64,000 nt of DNA from an uncultured delta proteobacterium (GTDB lineage: Bacteria; Desulfobacterota; Binatia; UBA9968), in assembly GCA_963771465.1 (NCBI GenBank), contig CAVYTU010000017.1:1-64000 (forward strand). The letters run 5' to 3'. Below are positions 10,191 to 20,800 of this stretch, piece after piece. The notes beneath the pieces are model-generated. The model ran no database searches and was not told the origin of the DNA. It worked only from the letters and a program-made list of their open reading frames with translations. Within the stretch, counting starts at the first letter, position 1, and every line of letters begins with the position of its first letter. A program made the translations under genes and the position numbers.

Positions 10191-10322
10191 TGGTGCGAAG
10201 GAGAGGAATCGAACCTCTCGGCGTTTCTCTCAGAGGCAGGTAGGCAAGATTACAACAACGCTAGTCTCTCATTTGGGTTTAGAAGTGTTCCCCACCAGGG
10301 CCTCGCAGAAACGCCACTTCGC
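10191..10322 (-). ncRNA. tRNA-like RNA: acceptor stem, T-arm and ACCA, with one long arm replacing the D and anticodon arms
   Basis: GCGAAG/CUUCGC-ACCA; T-arm GAGAGG-UUCGAUU-CCUCUC; perfect 9-bp GGCGUUUCU/AGAAACGCC, extended by GAGGC/GCCUC and GGUGGG/CCUACC. Confidence 0.6.
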
Positions 10323-10613
10323 ACCAAATGCTTATTAGAAGAACGAATGAGTTTTCGATGAGCACCTCCACTAAGGCTATTAGCGAAGCGTTAATACTCA
10401 CTTCCAACCCAAACAAGACACTCACATCGAGTTCTATACCGACCTGTACCCTCGAGCCAAGTGAAAACAACGTACCACATTCGTCGTTGGCCGACCCCTC
10501 AGTTGTACGAACAATGGCGCGCTGTAGGGCCCTTTTTGGGGCGAAGACCCTTTAACGCCAAGATCGCTAGCGTATCTAAATGGATGGTGTAGTGGTCAGC
10601 GATCTTGCTCTAA

Positions 10614-11144
10614 TCACGCGCTATCTAAATGCTTAATATGATTGTCGCCGCGGCTATCGTCCCTTTTTGTGATTGTAGCGGCGCGAAGCCCTTGATCTCC
10701 GCTTTCCTCCGCATTTACAATCAACGCTGTGAGCGTCGCGATATTCGCCGTGCTCTGGCCCTCTAACAATCTCCGCTGCTGAAAGACTCGATCGACCAAC
10801 GCGATTGTCGGGATCATTTGGCTATCACCCTTGTCTACTAGCTCGTGCAGCCGATGCCGACCTTTGGCGCCGAGTAAATAGAGATCGCTTAACTCTTTCT
10901 CTTTGATCTTTTCGACCATCTCACTGAGTGCCGGGTCGTTGTAAACGTCGCTGCTCAAATACTTCAAGACGGTGTTGTGGCTCCGGTCCATACGAGCGGC
11001 GATAGACGTTGGACTCTCTCCGAGTTCGTTCATGGCCTTCATTCGCGCCAATTCTTTTTTGCTAGGTTTTTTGCCGGGCACAGGTGAGTCGTCCTTTTTG
11101 CTTGAAATGGGAATCGGAAGGGAGCTGCGCACCTCATCGCTCAT
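10614..11144 (-). CDS. HTH-containing phage-type protein (terminase small subunit-like)
   Basis: ESPTSIAARMDRSHNTVLKYL HTH; C-terminal RRLLEGQSTANI. Confidence 0.55.
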   Translation of the reverse strand: MSDEVRSSLPIPISSKKDDSPVPGKKPSKKELARMKAMNELGESPTSIAARMDRSHNTVLKYLSSDVYNDPALSEMVEKIKEKELSDLYLLGAKGRHRLHELVDKGDSQMIPTIALVDRVFQQRRLLEGQSTANIATLTALIVNAEESGDQGLRAATITKRDDSRGDNHIKHLDSA

Positions 11145-11172
11145 CGGCTTCCCCCCGACGCCTCGATTTTAC

Positions 11173-11198
11173 TGAAACCGAAACCGTTTCGGTTTTCA
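11173..11198. repeat. Palindromic CCGAAAC array, putative integrase arm-type sites
   Basis: tgaaaccgaaac-c-gtttcggttttca. The same CCGAAACC motif occurs twice on the minus strand at about 66-85. Confidence 0.45.
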
Positions 11199-11323
11199 CG
11201 GGAATTGAGGGGTTCAACACGGGACTTTTCGGGAAACACTCGCGACCATCACCGACAATCTTTCGTTATAAATCTCAGCTAGTTCAACCACTTTTCCGCT
11301 ACACCTATTTTTTCCTCGAAGTA

Positions 11324-11347
11324 GTTCGAGTCCAGGTGGGCCCACCA
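11324..11347 (+). repeat. tRNA 3'-end fragment (att site), tRNA-Ile(CAU)-like
   Basis: gttcgagtccaggtgggcccacca = T-loop, acceptor 3' strand and CCA, with no tRNA 5' half upstream. Isotype is inferred. Confidence 0.75.
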
Positions 11348-11929
11348 ACCTTAACAGTGTAAAGTACCTGCACTCAGAGGACGCCAGAGATAGCTTGTAG
11401 TTGAGAGTGACGTTGGTGCTGTGCACTCTCACTTCCTTCAGCAACTCTTGCGGAAATCCCGCTTTGCCCCGATTTGCTTCACCGCTAGGCGACGCTGCAT
11501 TTCGGGGCAAATCTCCTGTTAGCAGTTGTGCTGTTCAGGACGGTTTTTTGTTTTCTGGCTCCTTATGCACCGAAACAAGTTTAGGAGGTGCATCATGGCG
11601 ATTTATTCCATCGCCTATAAACCGAGATAAGAGAACTCGATCACTTGCCGCTGATTCGCCAACACGAGCGCGATATTCTCAATGCGCGGACTATTTCTTT
11701 GTCCCTTGATTGCCTGTTGACGTGCATCTCTGTATCTAAAACTTTTTCTCTCACCCGACATATTTACGTTGCCGTTATCCCATGTCAGATTCACTTTGCT
11801 ATTACTAGCCATATGCGCGCGCTTCGCTCGTGATGATCGAGACGTGAAAAAATGAAAGACACCCGAAGACCGAGTGCGGCAGTGGTGGGAATGCAGACTC
11901 GAACAATTTCCTAATTTGCTATTCTGTCG

Positions 11930-12805
11930 ATGAACCAAGATCCTCAAATCCTCCTGCGCGTCACAGGCGACCGCCAATTAGCTGAGGAGTGGGAGCTTGT
12001 GCTCTTGGCTCAGGGGCTATCACCGATCCTGCATCATAATCCCGATGGCGTCATTCTCAGTGTGCCAGAAGCAGAGGCGAACAGAGCGCTTGTCAGTCTA
12101 TCGGCATACGAGCGCGAAAACCCACGGATGCCAGCGGAGCGCATCGAGCCCTTGGAATCGCGGTGTTTGTTTTCGGGGATTATGGTTGCGCTGATGCTCC
12201 TGATATTTTATTTCGTCACCACTCAGTGGTTGCCGGCGCTATCTTGGTTCGATCGCGGTAGCGCCGATGCGCAGCGGATACTACAAGGTGAGTTCTGGCG
12301 TGCGGTAACCGCTCTCACGCTCCATGCCGATATTGCCCACGCACTGAGCAATTCGATCGCTGCTGCATTATTCCTCAGTGCGGTATTCAACATTATGGGT
12401 GTCGGGTTCGGTGGCGCTCTGGTCTTGCTGGCCGGGGCTGGTGGAAATCTTGTCAACGCTTATCTGCATGGTTGGCCCCACGATTCGATTGGTGCCTCGA
12501 CCGCGGTCTTTGGCGCAGTCGGATTGCTCGGTAGCCTCGGTATGAAACGGCGCAGCCGCAAAGCTTTTGGCCGGCGGCGCGCTTGGTTACCTGTTGCCGC
12601 GGCTCTTGCCCTGCTCGGGATGCTCGGCAGCGGTGGACAGCGCGTTGATATTTGGGCTCATCTCCTCGGTCTTGTGGCTGGCGCTGTATTAGGGATCCTG
12701 ATTGCTTGGATTACACCGCGTGTACCGGGCTTACGCATCCAGTGGAGCTGCGGCACCGCGGCGGTCGGGACGCTCATCTACTGCTGGACGCTGGCATTTG
12801 GTTGA
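11930..12805 (+). CDS. Rhomboid-family intramembrane serine protease
   Basis: WRAVTALTLH…HALSN, IGASTAVFG (catalytic Ser), DIWAHLLG (catalytic His). Confidence 0.9.
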   Translation: MNQDPQILLRVTGDRQLAEEWELVLLAQGLSPILHHNPDGVILSVPEAEANRALVSLSAYERENPRMPAERIEPLESRCLFSGIMVALMLLIFYFVTTQWLPALSWFDRGSADAQRILQGEFWRAVTALTLHADIAHALSNSIAAALFLSAVFNIMGVGFGGALVLLAGAGGNLVNAYLHGWPHDSIGASTAVFGAVGLLGSLGMKRRSRKAFGRRRAWLPVAAALALLGMLGSGGQRVDIWAHLLGLVAGAVLGILIAWITPRVPGLRIQWSCGTAAVGTLIYCWTLAFG

Positions 12806-13031
12806 AATGATCGGTGGTTTTATGCCAGGAATTATAGATGTGAACTGCGTTCAACGGTTCTCACGATGTTCTCTATCGTCAGCTGGGAGAGCAATGAGTA
12901 GATAGAGCAATCGATCGTGAAGTTGGCTGGAGCCTATGACTTGCCACAGCGACCGATCCTCAACACTTGTCGGCGTATGCGGAAGGAGAAACGAACCTCG
13001 AAATGTCGAAATCTTTTGCTGGAGTGTTGTG

Positions 13032-14396
13032 TCAGCGTTTTTCTCCCATGAGAAGGTCACATAGAGGCCCAACATCTTTCAGACTTGCCAGATTCTCAAC
13101 ATAACCCAAAATACCCTGAACAGCTTGTTCGTCGACGACCCGGTGCGCGCAATCGACAAACTTTGCTCTTAGTTCCAATCCGGAAAGAGGTGCCTGCGGG
13201 CCTCCTTTGGCGTATTCAACGTAGCGAGAAAAAGTTTTTCCATCTTTTAATCGAACCTCCACTTTGCTGGGCCGCCCTTCTGAGCTGTCGGCAAAGGCAG
13301 TGTTAAGGTCCATGTGAACTTTCTTCGCGAATTCAAGAATGGGCTGCTCGCGCACGGCCGCATCGGTAAAGTCGTCTAGAGACACCTTTCCATTGATCAT
13401 GGCTCGGGCGAGGAGATAACCCATACAGAACTTTCCCTCGAGTCCGGTCCGGGGTACGCGAAAGACCAGCCGGTCGTGCGCGTGTTTGGCTACTTCGACG
13501 TGGATCGATTCCACCAAATCCGGTTTGATGCCGTCATGCTCGCGCATCTCAAGCACCGCATCAATCGCATTGTGGGAGAGCCCACCGCAAGCGTAGGGTT
13601 TGATTTTTAATCCCTGAGTTAGTTCATAAGACTGCCCCAACTCTTCCAATGGAGCCGGATCAGGAGGCAGAGAAAGAAAAGCTCCAAAAAAACCGGTTGC
13701 CGATTCCAAAGCTGTGGGACTGGCTGTGAAGCCCTTTTGCGCGAGGCTTGCTGCCATTACCCCGCTTCTCGCCGCGAGGCCGGCGCCTAAGGGTTTGGTC
13801 ATCGTGCCATAATTGCAAGCTACTCCGCTTGCCATCGACGTGGCGATTCCCAGAGCGATGCGTACTTTATCGATGTCGAGTTTGAGCAGCTTTGCACACG
13901 ACAGAGTCGCGCCAAGGGTTCCTAACGTTCCGGCGCTGTGCCAACCTCCGCGACCCTCTTCCGGTATCGACTTGGCGATCTTGGCTGTGGCTTCGAAGCC
14001 AGCCACATAGGCTTCCAGCAAATCGCGCCCGCTCGCGCTGAGAGCTTCTGCCAACGGCAAGACAGCGGGAATCACTCCTGATGTCGGCTGTCCGAGATAA
14101 ACACCATGATCGAAATCCAGCGCATGGGCCGCAGTTCCGTTAGTGAGCGCGGCCAAGCTGGCTGAGGATTTGAATCCCTGTCCCCAAACGGTTGCCGCAC
14201 CGCGCGCTTGCTCCAGGCGAGCTTGCTCAGCGCAGATCCGCGCGCCTTCCTCTTTGCTGCCAGCCAACGCAACTCCCAAGCAATCTAAGATAGCGGTTTT
14301 GGCGGCAGCCAAGACGTTGGTAGGAATATTTTCAATGCTTGTTTCTGCCACAAACCGAGCGACTCTCTCAGTATCATTTCGGTTGTTGCTGTCCAT
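13032..14396 (-). CDS. MmgE/PrpD family protein
   Basis: NGTAAHALDFD, GTMTKPL, IKPYAC, GLEGKFC motifs. Confidence 0.9.
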   Translation of the reverse strand: MDSNNRNDTERVARFVAETSIENIPTNVLAAAKTAILDCLGVALAGSKEEGARICAEQARLEQARGAATVWGQGFKSSASLAALTNGTAAHALDFDHGVYLGQPTSGVIPAVLPLAEALSASGRDLLEAYVAGFEATAKIAKSIPEEGRGGWHSAGTLGTLGATLSCAKLLKLDIDKVRIALGIATSMASGVACNYGTMTKPLGAGLAARSGVMAASLAQKGFTASPTALESATGFFGAFLSLPPDPAPLEELGQSYELTQGLKIKPYACGGLSHNAIDAVLEMREHDGIKPDLVESIHVEVAKHAHDRLVFRVPRTGLEGKFCMGYLLARAMINGKVSLDDFTDAAVREQPILEFAKKVHMDLNTAFADSSEGRPSKVEVRLKDGKTFSRYVEYAKGGPQAPLSGLELRAKFVDCAHRVVDEQAVQGILGYVENLASLKDVGPLCDLLMGEKR

Positions 14397-14544
14397 CGTC
14401 TAAACTCCTTCGAACACTCAGCGCGCTGACCGTCAGTTAGATGAGAACTCTGGCGAGCAAATTAACTTTGCTTCGCCGCGATATTTTCCGTGCCGGCGAA
14501 TATATGCTCATCCGATACATTGTCAACTTCTGAGTGTCTGCCGC

Positions 14545-15200
14545 AGCCAGTGAATTTGTCAAAAAACTTCACGGCGAACGTGCGGCACTAATCCATTTCG
14601 CACTTTGCCGACGAACTCTAGCTCGGTGCCGTCATAATATCCGACGATGAGCGCATCGAAAAAATTGACGGGTGCATAGCCGCCAATAACAAACTCCTGA
14701 GAGTGTTTGAATTTGTACTTCACCCACGCACCGCTACGTCGGCCAGATTTCGTAAAGAGAGTCTTTGCGTTTTGTAATGATGCCCTCTAGCTGCATTTGT
14801 TTTGCAGCTTCGAATCAGGTCCGCAGGGTCGGCGTCGAAGGCGGTGGAATGGAGCACAGGATATTCGACTTTAGCCAGTGCCTCGGCTAAAAGCTCACGT
14901 CTAGTTTCCAGCAGTAACCGAAGGCTGTTACGGCTGCGGTAACTCAGTATGTCGAAGGCGTAGAACTGAACGAGAACGAGCGGGTGTCTGGCGGAAGATT
15001 CGCGCAAGCTCTGGCGATACCAGGAAACCGGGTCGTGAATCCATTGCCCCGACGCGACCAGAGCACAACACTGCCGGAGTGCTTTGCCGCAAGACAGCGG
15101 TAGCCATCGAGCTTTGCTTCATAGCTCCAAAGGTTGTCCTCCGACAGCTCGCTGACGGCTCGGCGTAAATCGGTTCAATGAACGAGGGAGACGCAGAGCT
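14545..15200 (-). pseudogene. ATP-dependent DNA ligase (LigD/LigC ligase domain), degraded
   Basis: Frameshifted YEAKLDGYR, WSRRG, FYAFDIL, LEGIITKR, WVKYK, QEFVIGGY, GKVRNG. Confidence 0.8.
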
Positions 15201-15387
15201 GGCAATTTGGAGAGTTCTTTTGTAAGCATGCGGGACTAGAAAGTGAATGGGGAGAACTGGGCACCGCAGGTATGATACGGTGCGCTGAATTGGGAAGACG
15301 CAAAATCGATGGATACGGGTTTCTCCGAGTGGCAGGAGTGGGAGAGCGGATTTCGTCAAGCTGCCGAAACTTCGAACGTGTGCTCAT

Positions 15388-15726
15388 ATGGCTAACAAAA
15401 AAGCTGTTAAACGAGTCCTAAGCGGCGAGCAACTCGCCAAGGCGATCGCCGAGACGATATTCGGCTGGAAAAATATCCACAAGTATGGAGGCCAACTATT
15501 AGGCAAGAAGCAAGACAAGGCGGGCCGATGGCGAAACGCCAAAATCCCCGACTACGTTAACGACCACCGGCAGGCGTACGCAATTGACGCGCGCATGGAG
15601 CAGATTGGATGTTGGGCGCGATACAATAAGGAACTTTTTATAATTGCAAAGGCGCACAATCTACCGCCTGAGTGGGCAACAGCCGAGCAGCGGTATCAAG
15701 CGGCTCTCCGAGCGTTACCAGAATAG
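15388..15726 (+). CDS. Hypothetical protein (phage ABA-sandwich-like)
   Basis: LAKAIAETIFGW…IPDYVNDHRQAY pattern. Confidence 0.5.
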   Translation: MANKKAVKRVLSGEQLAKAIAETIFGWKNIHKYGGQLLGKKQDKAGRWRNAKIPDYVNDHRQAYAIDARMEQIGCWARYNKELFIIAKAHNLPPEWATAEQRYQAALRALPE

Positions 15727-16246
15727 CAGGTTCAGCCGTCACTCGCCCGAACGCGGAGGGAGAATGGCTCAAGGAGAATGACCGTCACGCTAAAGGAACT
15801 TCTTGTCTCCAGCCTCGCCCAAACCGCTGCGCTGGTAGTAGTGGTCAGTCATAATTCGCCGAGTTTGGTTCAATCTCCGGAACTGATCAAATAAGGAGAT
15901 CACCGGCCATCGCGCCCGATAAATTTTAGCCCCTAGTAGGCAGGCAATTCACTTCGTTTCGTCGATGCAAAGTAAGAATTTAAATGTGTAATATTGCTTA
16001 ACAGTTTCACCGACTTTTCGACAATTTCGTCGCGCACGTCATTAAATCCATCACGATTTATTGTCAGCGTTCGTTTGCAGTTGAAGTATTGAGTTCGTCG
16101 GGCCGTGCTGCCTCGTTTGATCGCCAAATCCGTGACTTCGCTCGTTTGGCCTTTTCAATCGTTGTCAATTGTTGAATTCTGTTCTGAACTTGGGACTTCC
16201 GAGTCTTTGCGTGTCTTGGTACCGGGCTTGCTCTAAGTGCTTGCCC

Positions 16247-16912
16247 ATGAGCAACACCGACAAAAAAACTACCGCACTGGCATTGGAGGAAGCGGGTCAA
16301 GATACTGAAGGCCTTTTGCTTGAGCGACTAAAGAGCAGCAAGACCGATGAGGATTATTTTCGCTGGTTGCTGTTCGTCGTCGGCTTTTATCGCGGCATCA
16401 ATAAGGTTGATTCGGCGGTGCAGTTGCTCGAGGGCTATATCAGCGCAAACAAGAGCGCCGAGCAATCAGCTCACTGTCATCTCGCGCTGGGCCAGATCGC
16501 TACGGATGAGTGCAAATTTGATGTGGCGCTTAAGCATTTCATCGACGCGCTGGAGATGGCGCCGAAGAAACGCAAGGTCAGCTATGTGCTGCATAATAAT
16601 ATCGGTTATTCGCTGAACGCCTTGGGACGCTTCGTCGAAGGCGAGAAGTATTGCCGTGCGGCGATCGAAATGGACTGGGTGCGGGCGAGCGGCTATCGCA
16701 ATCTCGGTGTGAGCCTGCAAGGCCAGGGCAACATCGTCTGCGCGGCGTGGGCGCTCAATGAAGCGATAAAGGCGGACGGCGCGGATCTGCGCGCGCGCCA
16801 GTTGTTGGATAAATTGATAACGGCACATCCGGCCATTGCGATTCGTTGCTCGTGGACCATGGAATCGATCGATAACGCGCCCAGGCCGGCGCTCGAACTC
16901 CCTCTCATGTAA
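16247..16912 (+). CDS. Tetratricopeptide repeat protein
   Basis: TPR-like helices (HLALGQI, HNNIGYSL, YRNLGVSL). Confidence 0.8.
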   Translation: MSNTDKKTTALALEEAGQDTEGLLLERLKSSKTDEDYFRWLLFVVGFYRGINKVDSAVQLLEGYISANKSAEQSAHCHLALGQIATDECKFDVALKHFIDALEMAPKKRKVSYVLHNNIGYSLNALGRFVEGEKYCRAAIEMDWVRASGYRNLGVSLQGQGNIVCAAWALNEAIKADGADLRARQLLDKLITAHPAIAIRCSWTMESIDNAPRPALELPLM

Positions 16913-17223
16913 ACCCTATCTCAGCTGATGGCGGCAGGCGTATCCGAGCCGAGGCGCCATCGCTGAGAATTTGTTCACCGCGAAACTTTCGCCACTAAAA
17001 TTCTAAACTCTCAAGCGCAATCGGTTGAGGAGCGTAACGGACATCGATCCCGTTCTGCTTCATAATCGATCGTGCAGTTCCCAAAGTCTCGTGAGATGTT
17101 GACCACAATCGAGTAGGTCGGATTACTATCGCCAACTCCCGATTTATTTCAATTCACGTGCACGAAGCGACCACGTGCATGGGGTCAAACTGGGCTAATT
17201 CCGAGATTAAGTGATTTAGACCG

Positions 17224-17252
17224 TTGACAAGTTTTTTCCTCAGTGACATAAC
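17224..17252 (+). promoter_or_regulatory. Putative sigma70 promoter of the lrp-glt operon
   Basis: TTGACA-17 nt-CATAAC with an extended TG, in an AT-rich region. Confidence 0.45.
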
Positions 17253-17274
17253 AAGTTTAGTCTAATATATCATT

Positions 17275-17778
17275 TTGCCTAATTTAATTAAATTGCTAGA
17301 CCATATTGATTTAAAAATCCTTTCTATTCTGCAAAATAACGGCCGCACTCGCCTTGCCGATATTGCCGACGAGGTGGACCTGTCGACGCCGGCGGTTATG
17401 GAGCGAGTAAAAAAGCTTGAAGCAGCCGGCGTCATCACCGGCTACCGAGCGTTATTGGACAGCAAGAAAGTCGGCAAGGATGTTACCGCATTCATCGGCG
17501 TTTCCATCGGCAACCAGCGCGATATCGATGAATTCGCCAAGCAGATGTTACGGCATCGCGACGTGTTGGAATGCCATCATGTTACCGGCGATGAAAGTTT
17601 TATCGTTAAAGTAAAATCCGCCAATACGGGATCGTTGGAAAAGTTATTGGGGCAAATTCGTTCGGTTGAAGGCGTGACGCGGACGGTGACAAAAATCGTC
17701 CTCTCCACCGCCAAGGAAAGTCAGGCGCTTGAATTGGACGCGGGCTTGGCGGAACCTTCGAACGGCAAGAAAAAATAA
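17275..17778 (+). CDS. Lrp/AsnC family transcriptional regulator
   Basis: LDHIDLKILSILQNNGR…ERVKKLEAAGVI HTH; ECHHVTGDESF. Confidence 0.93.
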   Translation: MPNLIKLLDHIDLKILSILQNNGRTRLADIADEVDLSTPAVMERVKKLEAAGVITGYRALLDSKKVGKDVTAFIGVSIGNQRDIDEFAKQMLRHRDVLECHHVTGDESFIVKVKSANTGSLEKLLGQIRSVEGVTRTVTKIVLSTAKESQALELDAGLAEPSNGKKK

Positions 17779-17895
17779 TATAGCGTCGAACGGTTTACCG
17801 ATAGGTTTGCGCTTGTCCTTCGAGGCGAAGCCTTCAATTGGGGTTCATCGTTTTTCCGTGTACTGTGTTTTGTAATTTCGTGTGAGGGTAGTTTT

Positions 17896-20800
17896 ATGAA
17901 TCAGCCTGGTTGGCCAAAGAAACAAGGTCTCTACGATCCGCGCTTCGAGCATGATGCTTGTGGTGTCGGATTCGTCGTCAATATCAAAGGTGAGAAGTCG
18001 CATGAAATCGTCGAGCAAGCGCTGACGGTGCTGCAGAATCTCGATCACCGCGGTGCTTGTGGTTGCGAGGAGAATACCGGCGACGGTGCCGGCATCTTGG
18101 TGCAGATTCCGCACAGGTTTCTCAAAGACGCTTGCGCTGGTTTGGGTTTTCAACTTCCCGATCCCGGCGAGTATGGTGTCGGCATGATATTCTCGCCCGA
18201 CCAGCGCAAGCAGCGCCAGCAGTTCGAAAAAATTATCGAGCGCATCGTCGCCGAGGAAGGTCAGACCTGTCTCGGTTGGCGCAAGGTGGCCACCGATAAC
18301 ATGTATCTCGGCGAGACTGCCAAGGCTTCCGAGCCGTTTGTGCGCCAAGTTTTTATCGGCCGCGCCGAGTCGATCACCGACGATCTCGCCTTCGAACGCA
18401 AGCTCTACGTGATTCGCCGCCGCGCCGAAAACGAGATTCGCTACGCTGGCCTGCCGGGCGGCGAATGGTTCTATATCTCGAGCCTGTCTTGCCGCACGCT
18501 GATTTACAAAGGCATGTTGACGCCGCGCCAGGTAGTGACGTTTTATCCCGATCTTTCCGATCCGCTGTTCGAGTCGGCGATCGCCGTGGTGCACTCGCGC
18601 TTTAGCACCAATACTTTTCCCAGCTGGGGCAGAGCTCATCCCTACCGTTACTTGATTCACAACGGCGAGATCAATACCTTGCGCGGCAACGAGAACTGGA
18701 TGCACGCGCGCCAGGGCGTGCTGGCTTCGAAGACTCTTCGGCGATGACCTGAAAAAAATCTTTCCGGTGATCCAAGAAGATGGCAGCGACTCGGCCAAGT
18801 TCGACAATTGTCTCGAACTGCTGGCGCTGAGCGGCCGGTCGTTGCCCCACGCGGTGATGATGATGATCCCCGAGCCGTGGGAGAATCATGAGAGCATGGA
18901 TGACAAGAAGCGGGCATTCTACGAATACCACAGCAGCTTGATGGAGCCGTGGGACGGCCCGGCGTCGATCGCGTTCACTGACGGGCAGGTGGTCGGCGCG
19001 GTGCTCGACCGTAACGGTTTGCGGCCGTCGCGCTACTACGTGACCAAGGACGATATGGTCATCATGGCTTCCGAGGTGGGCGTGCTCGAAGTGCCGCCCG
19101 AGCGGGTGCTCGAGAAACGCCGACTCCAGCCGGGCCGCATGTTTCTCGTCGACACCAAAGAAGGGCGCATCATCAGCGACGAAGAGATCAAACAGGAAAT
19201 GGCGTCGGCCGAGCCTTATGGCCAATGGCTAAAGGAGAATCTCGTCCGCTTCGACGACTTGCCAGGCGTGCTCGAGAAAGAGCCAGCGGTGAATCATCAC
19301 GCGACGCTGCAACGCTTGCAGGCTTTCGGTTACAACTTCGAAGATCTGCGCGTGAATATCGGACCGATGGCGCAAAACAGCATTCAGCCGGTGGGCTCCA
19401 TGGGCACGGATACGCCGCTGGCCGTGCTCTCCGACAAACCCCAGCTACTCTACAACTATTTCAAAGAGCTCTTTGCGCAGGTGACCAATCCACCCATCGA
19501 TCCGATACGCGAAGAATTGATCACCTCGACGACGCTGACGATCGGTACCGAGGGTAATCTAGTCGAGCCTACGCCGCAAAGCTGCCGGCAACTGCGCTTG
19601 CATGATCCGATTCTGCGCAACTCCGACATGGAAAAGCTGCGCCAGATCGATCAGCCGGGGATCAAGTCGATGACGCTGCCGATACTTTTCAAGCCGAGCG
19701 AGGGCAAAGCGGGTTTGGAGCGCGCGATAGTCGAGCTTTGCCAGGCGGCCGATCGCGCCATCGCCAATGGCACGACGATCCTGATTCTTTCCGACAAGGG
19801 CGTCGACCGCGCCCACGCGCCGATACCGGCGCTGCTCGCCTCTTCAGGCTTGCATCATCATTTAATTCGTTCCGGCACGCGCACACGGGTTGGCTTGGTG
19901 CTGGAGTCGGGCGAGCCGCGCGAGGTGCACCACTTCTGCTTGCTGCTCGGTTACGGCGTGCAGGCGATCAATCCCTACATGGTCTATGAGTGTTTGAACG
20001 ACATGATTCACGAGGGATTGCTCAAGGACATTTCTTACCTTGACGCGGTCAAGGGTTATGACCGCGCCGTTTACAAAGGCGTCGTTAAAGTAATGGCCAA
20101 GATGGGCATCTCGACGATCAAGTCTTATTGCGGTGCGCAGATTTTCGAAGCGGTCGGTCTCGGCCAAGAGTTGGTCGATAAGTATTTTACCTGGACGCCG
20201 TCGCGGGTCGGCGGTATCGGCTTGGAAGAGGTCGCCCGGGAAGCCGAGCAGCAACACGCGCGCGCATTTCCGACCTATCCGCTGAACGGCCACACATTGG
20301 AAGTTTACGGTCAGTATCAATATCGCAAGGATGGCGAGCTGCATCTGTTCAACCCGCGCACGATTCACTTGTTACAAAAGGCCAGCCGCAACAATGATTA
20401 CCGCGCATTCAAGGAATACACCCAGCTGATCGACGACCAGTCGGAGCGGATGGCGACATTGCGCGGTCTGATGGCGTTCAAATACGCGGCGAATCCGATC
20501 CCCATCGACGAAGTGGAGCCGGTGGACGCGATCGTGAAGCGATTCAAAACCGGTGCGATGTCCTACGGTTCGATCAGCAAGGAAGCCCATGAAGCGCTGG
20601 CCATCGCGATGAACCGCATCGGCGGCAAGAGCAACACTGGCGAGGGCGGCGAAGATCCGGCGCGCTACGTGCTCGAAGTTAACGGCGATTCGAAAAACAG
20701 CGCGATCAAGCAGGTCGCGTCGGGCCGCTTCGGTGTGACCAGTTATTATTTGACCCAAGCGCGCGAACTGCAAATCAAAATGGCGCAAGGCGCTAAACCG

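Larger units (their letters stand above)
1..11347. mobile_element. Decayed integrative element/phage-satellite-like island integrated at a tRNA 3' end
   Basis: Window starts with ccaccaactt, matching the end of the tRNA 3' fragment at 11324-11347 (…cccaccaacctt). Integrase remnant at the left end, primase/helicase remnants and many pseudogenes inside. Confidence 0.7.

Noticed and set aside
10191-10322. Canonical tRNA-Leu or tmRNA
   Set aside because: No D arm or anticodon arm, too short for tmRNA and no G3-U70. Kept only as a tRNA-like candidate.
11463-11510. Long hairpin tttgccccga…tcggggcaaa just outside the att site
   Set aside because: A single hairpin with no further evidence; may be a terminator or leader.
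15290-15372. GEMM-like words gacgcaaaa…gctgccgaaa
   Set aside because: The upstream P2 hairpin and tetraloop-receptor pattern could not be formed.
18745-18747. TGA ending the gltB N-terminal ORF as Sec or programmed frameshift
   Set aside because: The downstream part is in a different frame, there is no redox motif, and the A7 run lies after the required shift point. A simple indel explains it.
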